A stretch of DNA of 64,000 nt from Mobula hypostoma. Its lineage: Eukaryota. The stretch is from NCBI RefSeq assembly GCF_963921235.1, contig NC_086108.1, forward strand, positions 56,298,001 through 56,362,000. Direction: 5' to 3'. The notes under the pieces are model-generated. The model ran no database searches, was not told the origin of the DNA, and saw only the letters and a list, made by a program, of their open reading frames with translations. This document shows positions 1-11,756 of this stretch, piece after piece (the first letter of the stretch is position 1; each line of letters begins with the position of its first letter). Position numbers and translations under genes: made by a program.

Positions 1-480
1 CTCATCAACTCAGGTGGCTGCTCTTTTATAGCGAGATGCCGAGAGTCGATCCTCTCAGCCCGCCTCTCCACCCCACCCCTCTAGTGAAGGTGTTGATGAA
101 GGCACTCGCAATACTAAAAGAAACAAGGTTGAGAACGAATTGGAGACCTGAAGGAATACAGTACAAAGGAGCGTAAGCGAGGCATTAAAAAGGTGGGGCG
201 AATATAAACACACATTTTAACGTCCATAGTAATCTGTTATCGTAAGGTATGTGGAAAAATGTAAGGTAATATGGAATAAGAAAATATTTTGCAATACCTC
301 CTTTCGACTTACACGGTTCTTACGGAAGATGGCAGCGAAACGTGAGTCCGAAGTTAGTTAGGGCTGCTCCTTCCCCGAGATTTCCAGAAACGGCGCAGCA
401 ACAACCCGCGAGTCACGACTTGGTTCTGCCGTTCTCTGCATGCGGTTATTGGTTGCTACAAGGGAGAAGCAATGCAACTC
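1..480. promoter_or_regulatory. CpG-rich, probably bidirectional promoter region
   Basis: Non-repetitive and CpG-dense relative to the rest of the window. Minus-strand TATAAAAG at 30-23, GC box at 58-64, CACCC boxes at 68-79. Plus-strand CGGAAG (ETS-like) at 323-328 overlaps AAGATGGC (YY1-like). Confidence 0.6.
297..347 (+). other. Putative first exon of an unidentified plus-strand transcript (ATG GCA GCG AAA C|gtgagt)
   Basis: Pyrimidine-rich start (cctcctttc), ATG at 329 in strong context (aagATGg), consensus donor GTGAGT at 342-347. No downstream exon could be assigned with confidence. Confidence 0.45.
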
Positions 481-996
481 TTAACTGTGGAGGGACTCGT
501 CTGCTGGAGAAGGACTGAGAGAACGTAGACTACTCTCTAAACGGGGAGAAAATTCAGAAATCAGAGGGACTTGGGAGCCCTCGTGCAGGATTCCCTAAAG
601 ATTAACTTGCAGTTTGAGTCGGTGGTGAGGAAGGTAAATGCAATGATAGCATTCATTTTAAGAGGACTGGAATATAAAATCCAAGGGTGTAATGCTGAGA
701 CTTTATAAATCATTGGTCACACTGCACTTAGAATATGAGCAGTTTTGTGACCCGCATCTAAGAAAGAATGTCCTGGCAAAGGGTTAAGAGGAGGTTCGCT
801 AGAATGATCCCGAAATTGACAGGGTTAATGCAAGAGCGTTTGATGGTTCTGAGCCTGTACTTGCTGCAGTTTGAGAAGAATGTGTGGGGTACTCATTGAA
901 ATCCATCCAATGTTGAAAAGCCTAGAGAGAGTGGATGTGAAGAGGATGTTCCAATTAGTGGGGGAGCCTTGGACCCAGTGGGCAAAGCCTCAGAAT

Positions 997-3394
997 AGAA
1001 ACATAGAAAACCTACAACACAATACAGGCCCTTTAGCCCACAATGCTGTGCTGGACATGTACTTACTTTAGAAATTACCTAGGGTTAGGCATAGCCCTCT
1101 ATTTTTCTAAGCTCCATGTACCTATCCAGGAGTCTCTTAAAAGACCCTATTGTATCTGCCTCCACCACCATCACTGGCAGCCCATTCCACGCACTCAACA
1201 CTCTCTACTTCACCTGTACCTACTTCCAAGCACCGTAAAACTGTGCCCTCTCATGGTATCCATTTCAGCCCTAGGGAAAAGCCTCTGACTATCCACATGA
1301 TCAATGCCTCTCATCATCTTATACACCTCTATCAGGTCACCACTCATCCTCCGCTGCTCCAAGGAGAAAAGGCCGAGTTCACTCAACCTATTCTCGTAAG
1401 GCATGCTCCCCAATCCAGGCAACATCATTGTAAATCTCCTCTGCACCCTTTCTATAGTTTCCACAGTCTTCCTGCAGTTTAATACAGGATCGACCTTATT
1501 GAATCTTCGTTCAGAAATAGTGGCCTGCATCTGAGATAACTACTGTAAGATCAGGAAGACTTGTGCAGTGTTCATTCACCAGGGAAAAGGTCAGTTCCTT
1601 TAAGCCATTTTATTTCCTTCGTCATGAATCCTTTGGACAGAATCAGCAGTAACATCATGTCTTCAAAGAAATCCATTTCCAGAGAAGTCTCTCCTTATTG
1701 ACCGTGTAAATCACTTGGACTTTCGAATTTACCATTTTAAGACTGTGTTCAAATTTACCACTTTAGGACTGTGTTTGAATTTACCACTTTAAGAACTGTT
1801 CCAGAGTTGCTGTATAGCAGTTAACCTCCGGTTAAGTTAGTCATTTAAATACTTTCACTATTGTTGAGCAGAGTTTAATAAATGTTTTTGTTTGTTTCTA
1901 AAACTTGACTCAATTATGTATTCATTGTTGCTGGACACGTGACGAAATCTACTGCTCTACCTTCATCAATGTGTTTAGTCACATCCTCAAAAAATTCAAT
2001 CAGGCTCATTAGGCACGACCTGCCTTTGACAAAGCCATGCTGACTATTCCTAATCATATTATGCCTCTCCAAAATGTTTATTAATCCTGCCTCTCAGGAT
2101 CTTCTCCATCAACTTACCAACACTGGAAGTAAGACTCACTGGTCTATAATTTCCTGGCCGATCTCTACTCCCTTTTTTGAATAAGGGAACAACATCTGCA
2201 ACCCTCCAATCCTCCAGAACCTCTCCCGTCCCCATTGATGATGCAAAGATCATCAGAGACCAGAGGCTCAGCAATCTCCTCCCTCGCTTCCCACAGTAAC
2301 CTGGGGTGTATCTTGTCCGGTCCCAGTGACTTATCCAACTTGATGCTTTCCAAAAGTTCCAGTATATCCTCTTTCTTAATGTCTATATGCTCAAGCTTTT
2401 CAGTCCGCTGTAAGTTATCCCTACAATTGCTAAGATCCTGGCCCTAGTGAATACTGAAGCAACGTATTCATTAAGTACCTCCACTATCTCCTCTGGATCC
2501 ATACACACTTTTCCACTGCTGCACTTGATTGGTCCTATTCTCTCACATCTTATCCTCTTGTTCATCACATACTTGTAGAATGCCTTGGGGATTTCCTTAA
2601 TCCTGCTTGCCAAAGCCTTCTTGTGGCCCCTTCTGGCTTTCCTAATTTCATTCTTAAACTCCTTCCTGCTAGCCTTATAATCTTCTAAATCTCTATCATT
2701 ACCTAGTTTTTTGAACCTTTCATAAGCTTTTTTTTCCTTCTTGACTAGATTTTCAACAGCCTTGTACATTACTGTTCCTGTACCCTACCATCCTTTCCCT
2801 GTCTCATTGGAATGTATCTATGCACATCGCTACACAAATAACCCCGAACATTTGCTACAATTCTGCCGTACATTTCCATGAGAACATCTGTTCCAAATTT
2901 ATGCTTCCAAGTTCCTGCCTGATAACCTCATATTTCCCCTTACTCCAATTAAGCACTTTTCTAACTTGTCTGTTCCTATCCCTCTCCAATGTTATGGTAA
3001 AGGAGTTAGAATTATGATCACTATCTCCAAAATGCTCCCCCACTGAGAGATCTGACACCTGACCAGGTTCATTTCCCAATACCAGATCAAGTACAGCCTC
3101 TCCTCTTGAAGGCTTATCGACATATTGGTCAGGAAACCTTCTGAACACATCTAACACAGTCCACCCTATCTAAACTCCTTGCTCTAGGGAGATGCCAATC
3201 AATATTGGGGAAATTAATATCTCTTAATATGACTATCCTGTTATAATTGCACCATTCCAGAATCTGTCTCTCTATCTGCTCCTGGATGTCCCTGTTACTA
3301 TTGGGTGGTCTATAAAAAAAACACCCAGTAGAGTTATTGACCCCTTCCTGTTTCTAATTTCCACCCACAGAGACTCAGTAGACAGTCCCTCCAA
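997..3394 (-). mobile_element. CR1 LINE, 5'-truncated and decayed ORF2
   Basis: ORFs 1210..1530, 2059..2274 ([24 protein letters not shown]), 2383..2769 and 2855..3157 (LDLVL..GDSDHN). Simple-repeat tail near 997. Confidence 0.9.
1478..1944 (+). mobile_element. Partial solo-LTR-like sequence inside the CR1
   Basis: Non-CR1 sequence with AATAAA at 1877-1882, an LTR-like end (gacacgtgacg) and three 26-bp tandem units at 1725-1800. Part of the CR1 RT is missing across it. Confidence 0.45.
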
Positions 3395-4131
3395 TGGAAG
3401 GACTGCCCTTTAGAACAGATGAGGAAATAGGGTGGTGAATCTTTGGAATTCATTGCCACAATAAGCTATGGAGGTCAAGTCATTGTGTATATTTAAAGCA
3501 GAGATTGACAGTTCTTGATTAGGAAGGGTGCCAAAGGTTATGGGGAGAAAGCAGGACAATGGGTTGAGAAGGATAACCAACCATAATGGAATGCCAGAGC
3601 AGACTCTATGGGCCGAATGGCCTAATTCTGCTCCTATGTCTTGGGGTCTAATCTGCCATGTGAAAGGTGGGAAGGATAAGGCCAATGCAGGAGAGAAGAG
3701 TATCAGAGACCTGGAGTCTATGATAGGAGTGTTGTCTGTCACCTGACAAACTAAGGGAGTGCAAAGTTACTGCACTTCAGATGATAAAACCACAAGTGGA
3801 TACTGAGGTAGGATCTCTAACTTAAAAGAATTGTAAGAAGATCGGGGGAGAGGAATGGAGTGCAGGAAACAACCCTAAAAAAAGGCTAAATTGACAATTG
3901 GGATTACAAAAGGGGAAGTAGTTCAGAGACCAAGGAATCAAATACTTTATGAGAGCTGTGAGTGTAAGTCAAAGTCAAGGTCAAGTTTATTGTCACATGC
4001 ACAGCATACAATTAAAAACTTGCAGCAACATCACAGACTCAGCATTGGAGACACATTCACAAGAAAAACATACATTACACAAGAACGAGCACAATTAGAA
4101 CTAAGTAAAGTCATGGTGCAACAGAGTTAAA

Positions 4132-4395
4132 CCCGGTAGCACCATGGTTAGTGCGACACAATTACAACTCGGGGCACTGGAGTTCTACGTTATCTCTAAG
4201 GAGTCAGTACATCCTCTCCGTGGAATGCATGGATTTCCTCTGAGTGCTCTGGTTTCCTCCCACAATCCAAAGACATACCAGTTCGTAGGTTAATTGGTCA
4301 TTGTTAGTTGTTCTGTGATTAGGCTAGGGTTCATCAGGGGTTGTTGGGCACTGCAGCTCGAAGAGCCGGAAGGGCCTATTATGTGCTGTATCTTG
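4132..4395 (+). mobile_element. V-SINE (HE1-like), tRNA-derived SINE
   Basis: V-domain motif gtgctctggtttcctcccacaatccaaagac, a decayed tRNA-like head and a CR1-like tail. Confidence 0.7.
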
Positions 4396-4439
4396 ATTTT
4401 TAAATGAATTAGTTAATTAATGAATTAAGTGTTCACTTC

Positions 4440-6372
4440 TTGGGGCGCCAACATCACGGACAACTCTGATATCATCTGTCATTGGAAACAATGGAAAACA
4501 ACAAATATTCTTGTTTTAGCCTGCTACAGCTGAGAACCATAACTGCATCTATGATGTGTACAGTCATTGATGAAGTTCTAATGTGATTAAACAATCTGTT
4601 GCTGCTTAAGACCGATGGAAATGGACCAGGCTGTGGACAGCACACTGCCTCTTTAAGAAGCTGCCAGCGAAAGAGTGGTCAACATGCTGGACTGAAGGTG
4701 TGTTTAAAAAGGCGAAGTTTTCTACTCCCAATACCAACTATCTTGCTGGCAAACGTGCAGTCTCTGGTAAATAAAACTGACAACCTCAGAGTTAGGGTGC
4801 TGTATCAGAGGAATGCATGTGTTCTTTGTTTTACAGAATCATGGTTAACCCCTTTCATGCCAGATGCAGCAATTCGAATACAGGGTTCACAATACATCGT
4901 CAAGACAGGAGGGTTGAGTCTCTCAAAAGCAAAGGAGGAGGTGTATGCCTCATGATCAATTCCTCGTGGCATACTAGCATGTCAGTAACATCCCAGTATT
5001 GCTCACCCAGACCTGGAATATCTCGCAATTAAGTGCCGGCCATTTTACCTGCAGCAAGTTTTCTGTGATCTTTTCGGTAGCGGTGTACATTACACCTCAG
5101 GCTAATGTCAAACAAGCTCTAGACAAACAGGGCAATGTAATCAACAGGCATGAAACAGCACATCCTGATCCCTTCCCTGTCATTTTGTGTGATTTTAACC
5201 AGGGCAGCTTGATAAAGTCACTAAATAATTATTATCAACAAATCACCTGTATCACTAGAGGAAATAATACGCTGGACCACTCTTACACTAAGTCCAAGAG
5301 TGCCTACCATGCTATTCCACACCCAGCCCACACTTTGGTGAGTCTGATCACCTGGCTGTACTTCTACTCCCCAAGTACAGGCAGAGACTGAAGACTGCGG
5401 CACCAGTAGTGAGGAAACACACGAGCACTTACAGGACTGCTTTGAATCAGTAGACTGGACTGTGTTCAGGGAGTCATCTTTGAGCTTGGATGAGTACGCC
5501 ACAGTTATCACCGACTTCATTAAAACCAGTATGGATGAGTGTATGCCAACAAAAACTCTGTACATTCCCAAACCAAAAGCTGTGGATGATACAGGAGGTT
5601 TGTAAGTCTGCTGAGGGCTGGATCTGCGGGACTTAAGTCTGGTGATCCAGGTCTGTATAAGAAAATCCATTATGTCTTGCAGAGGGCTATTTCAAGAGCA
5701 AAGAAACAATTCCAGCAGAGATAGAAGACGACATCGGATGCACATCAACTCTGGCAGGATATGCAGGCCATTACTTCCTACAAAGCAAAACCTAATATCA
5801 TGAACAGCAGTGATGCTTCACTACCAGATGTGCTCAACATCTTTTATGCTTGCTTTGTAAAGTCCGATTTCTAAATGGACATTGAACTCACGAACAGTAC
5901 CTGTTTTTACTTCTGTTATTTTGCACTACTTATTTTAACTGAACTATTCGATAGACATAAAGGTTGAAAGGTTCATTTTATTATCAAAGTATTTAACTCT
6001 GAAATTCTTCGATTATCCGGGTAGCCGTGAAACCAGGAAAGCAAAAAAAGCAAGGCAATCATCAACTGCCAAATCCCACCTCCCCGCAATAAAAAGCAAA
6101 CAAAAACAAAACAAGTATATAGACCCCCAAATCCCTCCTCCCGTACAAAAAAAAACAACAAAACGGATCAGGCACATCAACACCCAAATCCCTCCACCCA
6201 CACAAAAAAAATGAACAAAATGGATCAGGCATATCGACTCCCAAATCCCTCCTCCACAAAAAAGCATATCTGTACAGGTTTTTTGCTATATTTATTTATC
6301 ATGTATTCCATTATTTCATTGTACTGCCTTAGGAAAATATGTGGGTGATATTAAATCTGATTCTGATTCTGA
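4440..6372 (+). mobile_element. Rex1/Babar LINE: AP-endonuclease region joined to its 3' UTR, RT deleted
   Basis: ORFs 4599..4955 (PTILLANVQSLVNK, CFTESWL), 4817..5032 (GGGVCLMIN) and 4999..5391 (DFNQ, TLDH). (tctgat)n tail at 6355-6372. Confidence 0.8.
6060..6265. repeat. Minisatellite, about four units of 57-58 bp
   Basis: ccaaatccc recurs at 6069, 6127, 6184 and 6241 with A-rich spacers. Confidence 0.85.
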
Positions 6373-7878
6373 AATAAAAAGTGTTGCCATACTGAGGTTG
6401 TGATTAGCGTTGCACAGGTTGACCATAAGACAGCCGGAGAATGAGGCTATTTGGCCCATTGAGTCTGCTCTGCCGTTCAATCGTTGCTGATCCTTTTTTG
6501 CTCCTGCATTCCCTTTATCTGTCCTACTTGTAATCTTCTCAAAGAATTCCATACAGGCAAGATTTTCCTTAAGGAAACCATGCTGACTTTGTCCTATCTT
6601 GTCCTGTGTCACCAAGTACTCCATAACCTCATCCTTAACAATTGACTACAGCATCTTCCCAACCACTGAGGTCAAGCTAAATGATCTAAAATTTCCTTTC
6701 TGTGCCCTTCCTCCTTTCTTAAAGAGTGGAGTGACATTTGCAATTTTCCACTCCTCTGACACCATGCCAGAGTCCAGTAATTTTTGAAAGATCATTACTA
6801 ATGCCTCCACAATCTCTACCACTACTTTTTTCAGAATCCTAAGCGACAGTTCATCAGGTCCAGGTGATTTTTGTACCCTTAGGTCTTTCAGCTTTTTGAG
6901 CACCTTCTCCCTTGTAATAGTAACTGCACTCACTTCTCTTCCCTCACACCCTTCGACATCTGGCACACTGCTGGTGTCTTCCACAGTGAAGGCTCATACA
7001 AAATACTCATTTAGGTCATCTGCCATCTCCTTGTCCCTTGTTAAAATTTCTCTGGCCTCATTTTCTTCCAGACCTATATCCACTCTCATCTCTCTTTTAT
7101 TTTTTACATACTTGAAAAAGGTTTTACTATCCACTTTGATATTGTTTGCTAGCTTGCTTTCATATTTCATCTTTTCCCTCCTCATGATAGTTGCTCTCTG
7201 GAGGCTTTTTAAAACTTCCCAATCCTCTATCTTCCCTCTAATTTTTGCTTTGTTGTATGTCCTCTCTTTTGCTTTTACATTAGCTTTGACTTCCCTTGTT
7301 AGCCACGGTTGTACTATTTCACCATTTGAGTATTTTGGAATACATCTATCCTGCACCTACCTCATTTTTCCCAGAAACTCATGCCATTGCTGCGCTGCTA
7401 TCATCCCTGCCAGTACCTCCTTCCAATTTACTGTGGCCAACTCCTCTCTCATACCACTGTAATTTCCCTTACTCCACTGAAATACTGCTACATCAGACTT
7501 TACTTTCTCCCAACTCAATATGAACTCAATCATATTGTGATCACTGCCTCCTAAGGGTTCTTTTACCTTAAGCTCCCTAATCACCTTCAGTTCATTACAT
7601 GACGCCCAGTCCAGTTTAGCTGATCCCCTAGACAATGACAATCTGTTCTAAAAAGCCATCTCGGAGGCATTGAACAAATTCACTTTCTTGAGGTACATTA
7701 CCAACCTGATTTTCCCAATTGACCTGCATGTTGAAATCTCCCATGACTATCATAACATCTCCCTTTTGAAACATCTTTTCTATTTCCCATGGTAATCTGT
7801 GGTCTGCATCCCAGTTACTTTTGGGAGGCCTGTATATAACTGCCATAGGGTCCTTTTATCCTTGCAGTTTCTTAACTC

Positions 7879-8890
7879 GAGGGTGGAGCTTAGGATGATG
7901 GCGCCTAACGACGATTCCTTTACTTGCATATTTGGAAACAGCTCTATTTCTATTTTTAATATCTCTTTCTTATTCCTTTACAGGGCTCTTTGGCCAAGTG
8001 GTTAAGGCAGTCGTCTAGTGATTTGAAGGTCGCTAGTTCGAGCCTCAGCTGTGGCAGCACGTTTGTGTCGTTGAGCAAGGCACTTAACCACACATTGCTC
8101 TTGTGTCTGTACGAGGAGTGGTGCCCCACACAGACTTCCAATCTGCGCCTTGTAAGGCATGAAAATACCCGATGCAGGCCTCTCATGGTCTGAGTCAACG
8201 TTCCCTACCCTTAGAAGACCCTGACCTGGAGTTACACGCTGACTTTGGTTCTTTGTGGTTATGGGACCCACTCTCGGGGTCTCATGACCGGCCGCTTTTT
8301 GATATGCAAATGACACGGCCTAGAAGACTAGTGGGGCTTCAGGGTGCTAGATTTTCGTGGCTCTGGAGGCAGGGGGATTCAAGGTCGGTGCCACTGCAGA
8401 AAACTGGTGTGTCGTGAGAGACGGAAGATCAAAAGCACAGAGCTCGGAAAAAGTGACCTAACAGACTTTTTAACACTATAAATTGGCAAGTTGTTTTGTT
8501 ATGTATCCCCTCTCGCTGTGAAATGGGGACACCTCTTTTGCCCTTTTTAGGGAGAGAGAGTGCCTGTGGTACGTCGAGTTGCTGGGTGAATGAGTAAGTC
8601 TTTGGGATACTGCAAGTCTGTGTCCTTATTGATGCTTTGCTGCACGCTTGAGTGCTCAGTGGAGGATGCAAATGCTTTTTTTGCTGGTGGGGGAGGGGGG
8701 GTTTGTCGCTTTGCTGCTGCTTATGCGTGAGAGGGGGGAGCTGAGGAGGCTTCGGTGCCCTAACATTTAACTTTCATTCATTCTTTGGAGCACTCCTCTG
8801 TTTTCGTGGATGTTTACGAAGAAGAGCATTTCAGGATGTGTATTGGATGCATTTCTCTGACATTAAATTTACCTATTGAACCTATTGAAC
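7879..8890 (+). mobile_element. Non-autonomous retroposon of about 0.8 kb (copy 1) with (cctattgaa)n tail
   Basis: Interrupts the CR1. Collinear with 58866-59783 from ggggtggagct..gatgatggc to ctctgacattaaat.tacctattgaac. Confidence 0.8.
7984..8205 (+). mobile_element. tRNA-derived CORE-type SINE nested in the non-autonomous element
   Basis: A box TGGCCAAGTGG at 7991-8001, B box AGTTCGAGCC at 8035-8044, CORE-like gtgtcgttgagcaaggcacttaacc. Absent from the second copy of the host element. Confidence 0.8.
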
Positions 8891-11249
8891 TCAAACCACA
8901 AGAATTGAACTTCTTCTGATTCTATGTCACATCTTTCTACTGATTTAATGCCATTCTTTACCAGCAGAACCACGCCATCCCCTCTGCCGACCTTCCTATC
9001 CCTCTGATACAATGTGTAACCTTGGACATTTAGCTCCCAACTACAAGCCACGATTCAGTGATGGCCACAACATGATACCTGACAATCTGTAATAGTGCAA
9101 CAAGATCATTCACTTTATTTCTTATTCACCATGCGTGAAGATATAACACTTTGAGTGCTGATTTTGCTACCCTTTTTGAGTCAGCATTCCTAATACATTG
9201 ATATTTACCTGCTGGCTGCAATTTTGTCCTATCATCTGCCTGCCCTCCCTAACACTCTGACTGCACACTATCTTTGCTTTTTTACCATCTGTCCTATCCC
9301 AAGTCTCTTCGCTCCTGTTCCCACACCCCTGCCAAATTAGTTTAAACCTTCCCCAACAGTTCTAACAAACCTGCCTGCAAGAATATTGGTCCCCCTCAGG
9401 TTCAGGTGCAACCTATCATTTTGAACAGGTCATACCTCCCCCAAAAAAGATCCCAATGATCCAAGAACCTGAAGCCCTGCCCCCTTCACCAGCTTCTCAG
9501 CCATGCATTAAACTGCCTAATCATCATGTTTTTACCCTCACTGGCTCGTGGCACAAGTAGCAATCCAGAAATTACTCCCCTGGATGCCCTGCTTCTCAGC
9601 TTTCTACCTATCTCTGTAAATTCTCTTTTTAGGACCTCTTTGCTTTTCCTTCCTATGTCATTGGTGCCGATATGTACCAAGACATCTGGCTGTTTGCCAT
9701 CTCACTCCAAAATGCTGTTGGTATGATGTGAGACATCCCTGACCCTGGCACCTGGGAGGCAACATACCATCCGGGTGTTCCATTCACGTCCACAGAATCG
9801 CCTGTCTGTTCCCCTGACTATTGAGTCCCCTATCACTACCGCTCCCCTCTTCTCCCTCTTTCCCTTCTGCACCTCAGACCCACGCTCAGTGCCAGCAACC
9901 TGGTCTCCGTGGCATCCCCCTGGGAGGTCATCTCCCACAACAGTATCCAATGGTATACATACTATTGAGAGGAATGGTCACAGAGGTGCTCTTTGCTAAC
10001 TGCCTATTCAGACTTCCATTTCTCCTGACAGTCGCCCAGCTACTCGCCTCCTGCAACTTTGAGGTGACTGCTTCCCTGTAACTCTGATCAATTATCTCCT
10101 CACTCTCCCGTACAAGCCGAAGGTCATCCAGCTGCCGCTCCAGATCCCTAACATGGTCTTCAGGGAGCTGCAGCCAGATGTACTTCATGCAGATATAGTT
10201 CCCTGGGAGTCTCTCGGTCTCCCAGGACTCCAACATCCGGCATGAAGAGCACACAATGACCATTTACTACACTAAGTACAGTAAGAGAAAAAAAAATGGA
10301 ACCCTAACAGAACCTTACCCAGAGCCAACGCCTCTTCTGAGTCAAAGCCTCCTTTGAGCCAAAGCCTGACACTCCTACTCTCACCACTGGTCCACTCCCA
10401 ATAGTGGCCACCCCAACAATGGCTGCCTCACTTGGCCCTTCTATACCTTTAAACAAACATCACCCACCTGCGAGAAACATCGTCACTTTGACTTGCTCCT
10501 GCTGCTGATTGGGCCGCCGGAATGAGCCCAAACGTCCACGAAGTTCTCTTTTTAAACAAGCTTCTCTGTTCATGAAGCGTTGGTTCAAAAACCAAATGGT
10601 TGAAGGGAAATACTTGAACCTGGTGGTGTGGGACCTTAGGCCTCTGTACCTCCTGCTTGAAGTCTCATTCCAGAAAGGTTGGGTGTGAGGATCTTTAATG
10701 AAAGATATTGCCTTCTTGAGGGAGCACCTCCTATAGATACTTCCAAATGAAAGCACAAAGAGAAAAAGGAATGTTATAAAATTACTCAGAATGTTTCAAA
10801 GGACATGGAAAGATGTTAAATCTTTGAAATACTCCATCCTGGAGGTGTGGAGACTAGATCACCAAGGGTATTCAAAGAATAAGGTAGGTTTTTGGAATAA
10901 TGAATTGAGAACTAAGTCAAACTGGCACAGATGAAAAATTAGGCTTGGGGCAGATCAGCTATGATCCCATTAGATGGCAGGGTAGACATGAGGGGCAAGT
11001 GGCCAATGCCAGCTGTTTTCATTGAAGAATTAAGATCCTCAAATAAAACATAGAGCTAAGTGGCTTTGTATTGCAGCTGAAAACAATGAAGAATGTTATG
11101 ATGAATATGGACCACTTAATAACTAATGCAAGTTCTCTTTACATCTCGACAATCAGATCAAAATGCGTGCTTAAATGGAAGTATTTACCAAATATAAACT
11201 AGAAAGTTGCTTCTGATGAAAAACACCAAATGAACATTTAATAAACAGA

Positions 11250-11322
11250 AAATCTCTATCTATCTGTCTGTCTGTTCATCAGTCTGTCTGTCTGTCTACC
11301 TCTCTACCTATCTATCTATCTA
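11250..11322. repeat. (TATC)n/(TGTC)n compound microsatellite
   Basis: Seen directly. Confidence 0.85.
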
Positions 11323-11324
11323 AT

Positions 11325-11708
11325 TGGGTTGAGTTGTTTGCCGATGTTGGCAATTTACTTGCAAATGTCTTGTCGCCATATGAGGAGACATCATTAGTGT
11401 GCTGTTAATTGTGGTGTGCTCTCTGAATGCTTGGCTTATACACATATCAATCAGCTGATTGGTTGCCATGCTTCTATGAATTGTCTTGCATGCCACATGT
11501 TTGCTTGTGCCATGACTTTCACTGGTGCCCAGTTGAATTTGTGCCCCTCTCGATCTTTGTAGACCGCAAAATTCAATGCAGGGACTGCAGCAAATATTTC
11601 GTTGGCCAAACTGGGAGAAAATGATCTACAAGGATCCATGAACATCAACTGGCTGTAAAGCAGCATGACCAACTCTCCCTAGAATCTACCCATGAAGATC
11701 GAGAGCCG
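11325..11708. mobile_element. Penelope-like element fragment (GIY-YIG) with an internal inversion
   Basis: Plus strand 11560-11706 reads KIQCRDCSKYFVGQTGRK*STRIHEH. Minus strand 11560-11325 continues EGHKFNW...ARQFIEAW. Confidence 0.75.
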
Positions 11709-11756
11709 TGTAATGGAGTTCCTAGTAGCATGGTTTTCCAAAACAATTTTTAAAAA

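Larger units (their letters stand above)
520..3650 (+). mobile_element. CR1 LINE 3' fragment split into 520-996 and 3395-3650 by a nested insertion
   Basis: Typical CR1 ORF2 C-terminal and 3' UTR text. The sequence ...gcctcagaatagaa resumes as gaaggactgccctttagaacag after the insert. Confidence 0.75.
6418..10560 (-). mobile_element. CR1 LINE retaining 5' UTR, ORF1 (zinc finger/leucine zipper plus SGNH esterase) and ORF2 endonuclease; distal RT deleted
   Basis: ORF1 remnants 9928..10263 (CSSC...YIC..LERQLDDL), 9702..9950 (VVIGDSIVRG, CLPGARV) and 9486..9680 (VHIGTND). ORF2 remnants 8869..9051, 7628..7846 (MGDFN), 7357..7641 (SDHN) and 6646..6984. Confidence 0.92.

Noticed and set aside
370..390. 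Heat-shock element (TCCnnGAGnnTTCnnGAA)
   Set aside because: Two of four units are degenerate, so it is not distinguishable from chance.
6060..6265. CRISPR-like array
   Set aside because: Eukaryotic context, spacers similar to each other and no cas genes. It is a minisatellite.
7984..8050. tRNA gene
   Set aside because: A and B boxes are present, but the sequence runs into a CORE-SINE body and no full cloverleaf is evident.
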